Position numbers and translations under genes: made by a program
Notes under the pieces: generated by a model
What the model was told of the DNA's origin: nothing
The model's database searches: none
Seen by the model: the letters and a program-made list of their open reading frames with translations, nothing else
DNA from: Candidatus Kapaibacterium sp.
Lineage (GTDB): Bacteria > Bacteroidota > Ignavibacteria > Kapaibacteriales > UBA2268
DNA length: 62,447 nucleotides
Reading direction: 5' to 3'
NCBI GenBank assembly: GCA_937995785.1
Contig: CALKJQ010000054.1
Span: 1 to 62,447, forward strand
Shown: positions 55,278 to 62,447 of the stretch, in pieces
How the letters are laid out: every line of letters starts with the position of its first letter
Position numbering within the stretch: position 1 is the first letter of the stretch

Positions 55278-56345
55278 TTAATTAGACATAATTTGTTTGA
55301 ATTTTGTTATAAGCTCAATTTCCGTGGGGTCTTGCCCATTCAATATTCCAAGATAAAAGCTAACCCAATCGGCAAGATAAATAAACTCGAAAAGCCTAAT
55401 TATTGGCATATCTTCTTTACTTTCGATAACCTTGAGGTTTGGAGTGATTTCCGATAATATCTTGCATAGAGTTTCTAATCGTTTGCGATTTGATGAGTGC
55501 TCGTTTTTATCAATTAAAACTACAAAAAAAGTATTGTCAATTATTGTTTTAGGGTATTTGAATGAATTAATTTCGTTATGGTTCATCTCGGGGACCAAGT
55601 TGCCAAATGCAAGATTTTTGGAATTTTCTTGCAATTGCCCTCGCCATCGAAGATTTACTACGTCGAGCACATCGCTTGATGAATAAATAACAACTTGTTT
55701 GTTGTGAATCTCCTTAGCAAGATTGATAGCAGCATTGTTGTCGCCAAGATTTCCGTATTCTTTGGATTTTGCTTCCAAGTAATCTGCCAACATTTGTTCT
55801 TCTATCATTGATTTGGATATGGTGCACACTTTGCAAAAGTTTGCAATCAAAAGATTATAAACCGCAAAAAACAAATATCCCAATGCAGCTCGCGGTTGCA
55901 TTCCCGATGGCACTTGAGTAAAACCAATACTATTTTGAGTGCAAATTTCCAACAGTCGTCCGCCACTTGCTATCCCGATTATGTTCGAGGTTTTTAATTT
56001 TGCTTGTTCGACTACCGACAATGTTTCTTCGGTGTTGCCCGAGTAAGAAATGCAAATAACTAATGTGTGTTCGTCCACCCAATTGGGCAAATCGTAATTA
56101 CGGAGAACAATTATGGGGATGTTAATCTCGGGGTGATTTTTTGCAATAAAGCTACGGGCAAGATCGCCGCTAATTGCCGACCCTCCCATACCCGCTATTA
56201 ATATTCTTTTAATTCGATAACAATCTTGAATTTTTGGTGCCGACTTCAGTAAATCAATCGAATTGCGGACTTGATTGTGGAAATTTGCTATTACTCCCAT
56301 CATATCCGACAAATCTAACTTTTTGATAATCTCTTTATTAATCAT
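55278..56345 (-). CDS. bifunctional phosphoglucose/phosphomannose isomerase (SIS domain family)
   Basis: IAGMGGSAISGD, ISYSGNTEET, and a C-terminal bifunctional PGI/PMI-type region. It lies immediately upstream of manC. Confidence 0.8.
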   Translation of the reverse strand: MINKEIIKKLDLSDMMGVIANFHNQVRNSIDLLKSAPKIQDCYRIKRILIAGMGGSAISGDLARSFIAKNHPEINIPIIVLRNYDLPNWVDEHTLVICISYSGNTEETLSVVEQAKLKTSNIIGIASGGRLLEICTQNSIGFTQVPSGMQPRAALGYLFFAVYNLLIANFCKVCTISKSMIEEQMLADYLEAKSKEYGNLGDNNAAINLAKEIHNKQVVIYSSSDVLDVVNLRWRGQLQENSKNLAFGNLVPEMNHNEINSFKYPKTIIDNTFFVVLIDKNEHSSNRKRLETLCKILSEITPNLKVIESKEDMPIIRLFEFIYLADWVSFYLGILNGQDPTEIELITKFKQIMSN

Positions 56346-56444
56346 TAAATTTCAACTTTTTATAAAATATAAAATTACGAAAATTTCATTTTGCATTGTA
56401 TTAATTATGAATATCTTACTACCTTTTTCGTCCTTATTTTGATT

Positions 56445-57353
56445 ATGAAGCAAACAAGTGCCGATGGATTGATGTTTGTAATAACCCTTGTGTGGGGTTT
56501 TACTTTTATTTTTACAAAAATTGGTATTTCCTATACAAATGAGTCCTTTTTTGTATTGATGCGATTTGGCATTGCCTTGATTTTGTTGCTTATCGTATTC
56601 AATAAACGTTTGTTTTCGATAAGCAAGCAGACATTTAATCAGGGGTTGGTATTGGGTTTCTTCTACGCCGGAGGTTTTATTTTGCAAACTTATGGCTTGA
56701 AATTAACCACTGTTCCCAAGTCGGCTTTTATCACGGGTTTGGCTGTGCCATTAGTTCCTTTTGTCTATTGGTTCTTGGTTCGCAAGCGAGTAGAAGTATT
56801 CTCGAAAATTGGTGTTTTTATTGCGTCGATAGGTCTCTGGCTGTTCACCAATCCCGACATTTATAATCTAAACATTGGGGATATATTAACTTTGTTTTCT
56901 ACACTATTTTGGGCATTTTACATAACATATATGGACATCTTTACCAAGGATAGAGTTGGTACGGATTATACCGCACAACTTGTTTTTATGCAATTTTTAT
57001 CGCTTGTTGCTTTGTCCTCTATCAGTTTTGTTCTTTTCGATATTAACAATTTTCAATTTGATTTACATCCAAATTTGATATATTCAATACTTTATAATGG
57101 AGTTATCGCATCATTTGTCCTAACATTTATTCACACTGCCTACCAAAGGTTCACTACGCCAATCAAAGCCGCTTTAATCTTTTCATTAGAACCCGTTGTT
57201 GCTTCGGTTGCTTCGATATTCATTTTCAACGCAGTTTTTTCCTTTCGAGAAGTAATTGGTGCGATTGTTATGTTTGTTGGAGTCCTCACTTCAGAAGTTG
57301 GACCCTTTATATTCAAGAATTACATCACCAAAACAAGGAGCGAAAATGCTTAA
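56445..57353 (+). CDS. DMT-superfamily (EamA-like) transporter
   Basis: Ten hydrophobic helices in two EamA-like halves. ATG 56445 (MKQTSADGLMFVITLVWGFTFIF) is preferred over the tracked TTG 56391. Confidence 0.8.
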   Translation: MKQTSADGLMFVITLVWGFTFIFTKIGISYTNESFFVLMRFGIALILLLIVFNKRLFSISKQTFNQGLVLGFFYAGGFILQTYGLKLTTVPKSAFITGLAVPLVPFVYWFLVRKRVEVFSKIGVFIASIGLWLFTNPDIYNLNIGDILTLFSTLFWAFYITYMDIFTKDRVGTDYTAQLVFMQFLSLVALSSISFVLFDINNFQFDLHPNLIYSILYNGVIASFVLTFIHTAYQRFTTPIKAALIFSLEPVVASVASIFIFNAVFSFREVIGAIVMFVGVLTSEVGPFIFKNYITKTRSENA

Positions 57354-57936
57354 TATCGATGCTAAATTCATCCATAGCTCAAGCAAAATTGGAGATTATC
57401 CCCAAACTGAATTACCCGAATTTGCTTTCTCGGGACGTTCCAATGTAGGCAAGTCCAGTTTTATCAACTCTATTTTACTTCGGAAAAATTTAGCAAAAAT
57501 TAGTAGCAACCCGGGCAAAACAAAGAGTATAAATTTCTACAATGTTCAAGATAAATACATTTTAGCCGATTTACCCGGTTTTGGATATGCAAAAGTAAGC
57601 AAAGCCGAACGCGAACAATGGAAGGAAATGATTTATCATTACTTCAAATCACGTGAACAATTAAAGTTCGTAACCGTGCTCGTTGATGGGCGTCACGAAC
57701 CTATGCCTATTGATTTATCCCTTGTTGAATGGTTAGAAAACCATCAAATTAAATTTATGATTGTTCTAACTAAATGCGACAAAATTTCCAACAAACAAAT
57801 TGAAGAACGAACTTCGGAATGGTCTTATTTATTGCAAAATTGCAAACAATCAATAGAAGTTCTTGCTACTTCGTCTTTAACGGGATTGAACCGCGAACAA
57901 TTTATTGCAATAATCAAACAACATTTGCAAAAATGA
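57346..57936 (+). CDS. engB: ribosome biogenesis GTP-binding protein YihA/YsxC (EngB)
   Basis: G1 GRSNVGKSSFIN, G3 DLPGFGYA, G4 TKCDK. AAGGAG lies 6 nt upstream of ATG 57346. The gene overlaps the transporter stop. Confidence 0.9.
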   Translation: MLNIDAKFIHSSSKIGDYPQTELPEFAFSGRSNVGKSSFINSILLRKNLAKISSNPGKTKSINFYNVQDKYILADLPGFGYAKVSKAEREQWKEMIYHYFKSREQLKFVTVLVDGRHEPMPIDLSLVEWLENHQIKFMIVLTKCDKISNKQIEERTSEWSYLLQNCKQSIEVLATSSLTGLNREQFIAIIKQHLQK

Positions 57937-58571
57937 ATGAATTAGTAAGCATATTAAAACATTCAGAAAATAATAAACTTAAAGGCAATGAATCCCATTT
58001 CAAGTTTGCTCCATTAATTAATGGCGAACATTTCCGCACTTTCACCCCGTCGCCCGATGCTTACCATAGTGCCGTATTGTTGCTACTAAGGAATTATGAT
58101 AGTAAAACACAAATCTTGTTTACCCTCCGTAGCTCAAGTATGAAAAGCCACCGAGGGCAAATTAGTTTCCCGGGCGGTAGAGTGGAAAACGGAGAAACAT
58201 ATATCGAAACAGCATTAAGAGAAACCAATGAAGAAATTGGAGTTGGCACTGAAAAAATTGAAGTATTAAATCAATTGTCCACTCTATTTGTTCCTCCTTC
58301 TAATGCAATAATCCATCCATTTGTTGGAATACTTAAACAAGATTGCGAGTTTATAATAAATACCGACGAGGTGGAAGAAGCATTTTGGATAGATTTAGAC
58401 TTTTTTCTTAACCAAGGCAATATGGTTGTTGAGCAGTGGCAGTTTGACGGAAAAAATGTTGATGTACCGTTATGGAGAATACACCCAAAGCAAGTTCTAT
58501 GGGGAGCGACTGCTATGATTTTATCGGAATTTATAGATATAATAAATGAAAATATTAATTTTGAAAAATAA
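57933..58571 (+). CDS. NUDIX hydrolase, CoA pyrophosphatase type
   Basis: LFTLRSSSMKSHRGQISFPGG matches the CoA-pyrophosphatase signature ([LM][LF]TxR[SA]x3[RK]x3Gx3FPGG). NUDIX box GGRVENGETYIETALRETNEEIGV. ATGA overlap with the engB stop. Confidence 0.88.
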   Translation: MNELVSILKHSENNKLKGNESHFKFAPLINGEHFRTFTPSPDAYHSAVLLLLRNYDSKTQILFTLRSSSMKSHRGQISFPGGRVENGETYIETALRETNEEIGVGTEKIEVLNQLSTLFVPPSNAIIHPFVGILKQDCEFIINTDEVEEAFWIDLDFFLNQGNMVVEQWQFDGKNVDVPLWRIHPKQVLWGATAMILSEFIDIINENINFEK

Positions 58572-58598
58572 ATTTGTCTCATTAAAATAAAAAAAATT

Positions 58599-60995
58599 AT
58601 GAAAAAATACATTACAACTTTGTTAATCTTAATTTTGGCAAATAATTTATTATTTTCTGCCAATTTAAAAATTGCAAGCAACGAGGACAAAAAGCCCGTG
58701 AGCAATGCTTTGGTAATTGTTAATTCCCGCGATACTTTAAAAACTGATACATTTGGCAATGTTGATATTTCCAAGTATTCGGGGCAAATAAACGTAGTAG
58801 TAGTTGCAAATAAATTCCAAAGTTTCATTTCTTCATTCAATACCAGCTCAATACCATTCGAGGATAATACGATTTATCTAAATCCAAAATTATTCCAATT
58901 GGACGAAGTAATGGTTTATAGTGCCAGCCGTCAGCAACAAAAAATAACCGAATCGCCCGCCGCAATTTACCAACAAGGTCCCGAACAAATCCGAATTAAT
59001 TCCCGTTCGGGGCAGATTGCTCAGGTTTTCCAATCCTACACAGGTATCGAGGTTTTGCAAAACGGGGCTTCGGATTTCATCGTTAATACTCGCGGATTTA
59101 ATGGCGGATTGAATAGGCGAATATTAGTGCTTCAAGATGGGCGAGATGCATCGATGCCGTTACTTGGAGCATTGGAATGGAATTCGTTTTCGATGCCATT
59201 GGACGAATTCGCACGCGTTGAGTTCGTTCGTGGACCCAATGCTTCGCTTTATGGAGCAAATGCATTCAATGGTGTATTGAATTTAACTTCTTATGCTCCC
59301 AAACAAATTTTGGGTGCAAAAGCGTCGGTTTTGGCTGGGGATTACGACACCTATAAAGTGGATGCAAGATACGCCGGAATGTGGAACTTTATGAGTTATA
59401 AGGTTACTTTGGGAACATCAAATCGGTTGAATTGGTCGAATCGACGCGATTCTGCAAAATTTTTAGAATATGCCGGCTTACCGATTGAACGCAAATCACT
59501 TGGCGAAAACGATAGACTTACAAAATCGTACTACGGCACTTTTCGCCTTGATTTCGATTTATGGAGTGATGCTAATGTTGTTTCGGAATTCGGTTATTCG
59601 CGTAATACAAACGAACTGTTTGTTTTTGGTCTTGGTCGTACTTTTGTTAAAGATGTCGAACGTCCTTATGCAAGATTGGCTTTCAATATGCCTAATTTCC
59701 ATTTCCAAACCCATTTTATGCAGCGACGTGTTCTCGATACAATGTGGTTAATGGTTCCAGGTGCTCCTTTATTGGATAATTCCAAGGATATTTTCTTCGA
59801 AGCACAATATAATCACCAATTTTCCAACTCACTTGGGCTTATCGTTGGAGCAACCCAAGATTTCCAACAAATAAGGACTTCTGGAACATCCATACCCAAC
59901 GACGTAGATGCAAACTACACGGGTGTTTATTCCCAAATAGATTATAAAACCGACTTTAACATAGATTTTGTTACGTCTGCTCGAGTTGATTTTGCTTCAA
60001 TCCACGCTACGCAATTCTCCCCACGTTTTGCGATAGTGTTTAAACCATTAGCGAACCATAATTTCCGCATCTCTGCGGGACGTTCGTTCCAACGACCAAA
60101 TTATTCGGAATTATATCGCCTAACGCCCGATGCACCCGCTATCGACCCTTCGAATGGTCGGCCTGTTAACTTTGCAGCTATCGAAAAGAAAATTAATGAT
60201 ACCTTGACTGCACTAACGGGTGCCAATCCAAATCTAACCTTTGGGTTGAATGCCCTCAACTCACGTGCTGTCGGTAATCCAAATTTGAAAGTAGAAAGGA
60301 ATGTAGGAATTGATTTTGGTTACGAAGGTATATTCTTTGATCATTTCAAATTTTCAGCCGATTTTTACTATAACAAGTTGAACGACTTTATTACCAACTT
60401 TCTTCCACGAGTTAATTCCGACATACCCGAATGGTCTCCAAATTTACCCGATAATTTAAAGCAATACACAGATTTAGTTAAAAATATGGTTTATTCTCCT
60501 TTAAACCCACGCGATAAACTTCGACTATCGAATTATCAAGGCAAACCAACTTTTGTTGTATCCAATACTAATGTTGGCGAGGTTGTTCAATATGGTGCAG
60601 AATTAAATCTAATTTACCTTTTCGATACAAATTTAAGTTTCGAATTAGGTTATAGTAATTACAATTTCGAAATAATTCAGGCAAACCAGTATCAGCAAAT
60701 ATTACCAAATACTGCACCGAACAAATATCGTCTTGCGGCTAATTACACCCAAAAGGGAGTGTTCGATGCAAGAGTTGATTTTTCGTATACTCAAGGGTTC
60801 GATTGGCTTGCTGGAACTTACGTAGGCTATGTTCCCGATTATGCTTTAGTAAATTTGAATGTTGGGGTATATCCAATGGAGAATCTTGAGGTTGGTTTAT
60901 ATGTATTTAATCTTTTGGACCGAAAACATTATCAGATGTTTGGCGGCACATACTTGCCACGATATACAACATTGAAAATAAGTTACCAATTGTAA
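58599..60995 (+). CDS. TonB-dependent outer-membrane receptor with N-terminal carboxypeptidase-regulatory-like domain
   Basis: Signal peptide, CarbopepD_reg-like segment (NALVIVNSRDTLKTDTFGNVDI), plug domain (RGFNGGLNRRILVLQDGR, FVRGPNASLYGANAFNGVLNL), and a long beta-barrel. Confidence 0.85.
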   Translation: MKKYITTLLILILANNLLFSANLKIASNEDKKPVSNALVIVNSRDTLKTDTFGNVDISKYSGQINVVVVANKFQSFISSFNTSSIPFEDNTIYLNPKLFQLDEVMVYSASRQQQKITESPAAIYQQGPEQIRINSRSGQIAQVFQSYTGIEVLQNGASDFIVNTRGFNGGLNRRILVLQDGRDASMPLLGALEWNSFSMPLDEFARVEFVRGPNASLYGANAFNGVLNLTSYAPKQILGAKASVLAGDYDTYKVDARYAGMWNFMSYKVTLGTSNRLNWSNRRDSAKFLEYAGLPIERKSLGENDRLTKSYYGTFRLDFDLWSDANVVSEFGYSRNTNELFVFGLGRTFVKDVERPYARLAFNMPNFHFQTHFMQRRVLDTMWLMVPGAPLLDNSKDIFFEAQYNHQFSNSLGLIVGATQDFQQIRTSGTSIPNDVDANYTGVYSQIDYKTDFNIDFVTSARVDFASIHATQFSPRFAIVFKPLANHNFRISAGRSFQRPNYSELYRLTPDAPAIDPSNGRPVNFAAIEKKINDTLTALTGANPNLTFGLNALNSRAVGNPNLKVERNVGIDFGYEGIFFDHFKFSADFYYNKLNDFITNFLPRVNSDIPEWSPNLPDNLKQYTDLVKNMVYSPLNPRDKLRLSNYQGKPTFVVSNTNVGEVVQYGAELNLIYLFDTNLSFELGYSNYNFEIIQANQYQQILPNTAPNKYRLAANYTQKGVFDARVDFSYTQGFDWLAGTYVGYVPDYALVNLNVGVYPMENLEVGLYVFNLLDRKHYQMFGGTYLPRYTTLKISYQL

Positions 60996-61000
60996 AAATC

Positions 61001-61056
61001 AAAATTGCCAGCATATTAATGTTATAATTGAATAATAGAATATTGCTGGCAATTTT
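61001..61056 (+). terminator. long hairpin, probable terminator after the TonB-dependent receptor gene
   Basis: AAAATTGCCAGCA (61001-61013) pairs with TGCTGGCAATTTT (61044-61056). The AT-rich loop is about 30 nt and can pair further internally. Confidence 0.45.
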
Positions 61057-61107
61057 AAATATGATTAAAATATAAATATGATTAATTACTATGGAAACTG
61101 AAAACTA

Positions 61108-62367
61108 TTATTCGGTTTCCATTTCTTTTATGGCTCTATTTATTTGGCCATCTGCTATCAAATTGGCAACAGATGTTACTTTCGTAACCGATTTACTAAT
61201 CTTGTTTGCAAAAAAGATAGATGCCGAAACCGCAAGAATAGTAACAATCAGACCAAAAATAATTGTATATAAAAGTATATCAGAAATTCCATCCTGTATG
61301 ATTTCGGATGTTTGATAAATTTCGTCGAAATAAGCAGTAGTACCAATCACCCAATCAAAGTCGGGGAAATATTGAATTAAAGCTACTTTTTCACGTGGTT
61401 TATCTTCTCCTTTGTTTTGCCAAAAATAAGTATATTTTGCAGTATTACCCTGCGGAGTTTCTTTAGCAATTTTAATAATTTCTTGGATTATTGGTTTTCC
61501 ATCGGGGTCTTTTGCCTCCCAAATATTTTCTCCATCGCGTTTTCCGTTAAGTGAAATAAAATATTCCCCTTTTCTCTCGCCCGAACCAATAAGAACGAAA
61601 ACATATCCCGTTTCGCCAAATCTCATTTTATAAAAGGCTTGTTTCAAACCATCAACGTCTTCCAAGCTAATGCCAACGAAAATCATTCCAATAACTCGCC
61701 CGCTTCCGTCCTTAATTGGAGAATACTTAGTTTGGTACCACCTATCTACAACGAAAGCACTACCAACATATTCGTTACCTTTCAGAATAGCCGAAACGAC
61801 TTTGTTCTGCGAGCCATCGGGCATATCACGAGGTATAAAAGTGCCAACAGCACGATTGCCATCTTTGGTTAACACGCTTGTGGCGACGCGCAGCATATCT
61901 CCTTGCTCGTTCATTCGAACAAAAATAGTAGCTGCAACTTTAAATTTTTTTGAAATTTCGTCAACTAATATTACGGAGGTTGATTTATCTTTGACTAAAG
62001 GAATTTGTTTGCCTCCAACAGTCATTGCTGGCACAGAAACATATGATTCATTTTTGGTAAACTGGTTAACGGCTTTAACATTCGTAATTGAGCCAGTAGT
62101 CGAAAATCCTCCATTTGCACGGACTAATTGCTTAAAGTTCTCAATATTCGAGTGAAGACGTTCGTCAATTTGCACATCAATTTGATGAACTAAACTATAT
62201 GCACTCGAAGAAAGAGCCCCCAATTGAGTATCGACTAATTTCTCAATTTCATTTTTGGCACTCTTTTTAATTGTGTTCGATTTAATCCAAGTGGTTACGA
62301 TTATTACAAAAACAATAGCAAGAGAAGCAACAACACTCAAAAATGCAAGTTTGTGTAAAATTTTCAT
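61108..62367 (-). CDS. membrane-bound double-Cache sensor protein that ends inside a HAMP-like linker (no output domain)
   Basis: TM1 (LAFLSVVASLAIVFVIIVTTWI), a ~330-aa periplasmic Cache-like domain (VGTFIPRDMPDG..., YVFVLIGSGERKGEYFIS), and TM2 (ILLYTIIFGLIVTILAVSASIFFA). After TM2 there are only ~32 aa (ISKSVTKVTSVANLIADGQINRAIKEMETE) before the stop. Confidence 0.7.
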   Translation of the reverse strand: MKILHKLAFLSVVASLAIVFVIIVTTWIKSNTIKKSAKNEIEKLVDTQLGALSSSAYSLVHQIDVQIDERLHSNIENFKQLVRANGGFSTTGSITNVKAVNQFTKNESYVSVPAMTVGGKQIPLVKDKSTSVILVDEISKKFKVAATIFVRMNEQGDMLRVATSVLTKDGNRAVGTFIPRDMPDGSQNKVVSAILKGNEYVGSAFVVDRWYQTKYSPIKDGSGRVIGMIFVGISLEDVDGLKQAFYKMRFGETGYVFVLIGSGERKGEYFISLNGKRDGENIWEAKDPDGKPIIQEIIKIAKETPQGNTAKYTYFWQNKGEDKPREKVALIQYFPDFDWVIGTTAYFDEIYQTSEIIQDGISDILLYTIIFGLIVTILAVSASIFFANKISKSVTKVTSVANLIADGQINRAIKEMETE

Positions 62368-62447
62368 AATTAGACCCTTAGTTAAATGACGAAATATAAA
62401 TAATTGTGTCTCAAAGCATTTCTACAAAAATAATAAAATAATATAAA

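Noticed and set aside
56352-56687. 111-aa minus-strand ORF overlapping the start of the EamA transporter gene
   Set aside because: It overlaps the transporter coding frame and the PGI/PMI upstream region, and has no recognisable motif. The transporter frame explains the region.
22120-61056. Shared CCAGCA...TGCTGG core in the hairpins at 22120-22157 and 61001-61056 as a possible REP-like dispersed element
   Set aside because: There are only two occurrences, the shared core is 6 bp, and the flanks differ. Both behave as ordinary terminators at the ends of convergent genes.
61670-62155. 161-aa ORF antisense to the Cache sensor gene
   Set aside because: It is a shadow ORF within a gene whose domain organisation (TM-Cache-TM) is coherent on the minus strand.

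Overview
This is a 62.4-kb, gene-dense, AT-rich chromosomal segment with about 50 CDS and one tRNA. I found no rRNA, CRISPR array, transposase, integrase or phage genes.

Taxonomy (inference). Three things point to an FCB-group bacterium (Bacteroidota / Ignavibacteriota-like): four proteins end in Por/T9SS C-terminal sorting domains; eight start sites are preceded by the Bacteroidota-type -7 promoter box TAnnTTTG; and there is a DUF1573 protein plus a fused FeoA-FeoB.

Lifestyle (inference). The gene content suggests an anaerobic or microaerophilic organism: HydG maturase, a flavodiiron protein, ThyX, a PPi-type phosphofructokinase signature, Fe(II) uptake genes, ferritin, and a 13-haem cytochrome c with NrfC/NrfD-type partners.

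Most of the window is housekeeping: murG, cinA, thiolase, trpS, thyX, an E2 acyltransferase, pdxH, gmhA, lnt, clpC, hisS, engB, and GDP-mannose synthesis genes.

The only clear accessory insertion is a compact type II restriction-modification pair at 7.6-9.6 kb, flanked by extremely AT-rich spacers.

Best candidates for something not yet described:
- the FeS / NrfD / 13-haem cytochrome operon (35.7-39.1 kb);
- a three-gene secreted/outer-membrane cluster with a TPR-LRR protein (29.1-32.2 kb);
- a 1260-aa T9SS cargo combining vWA-like and WD40 modules (50.2-54.0 kb);
- an OprB-type porin translationally coupled to feoAB (22.2-26.0 kb);
- the unassignable PD-ExK nuclease of the R-M pair.

All functional calls come from motif reading of the supplied translations. 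No database search was possible, so family names are recognition-based and should be confirmed with HMM or structure searches.
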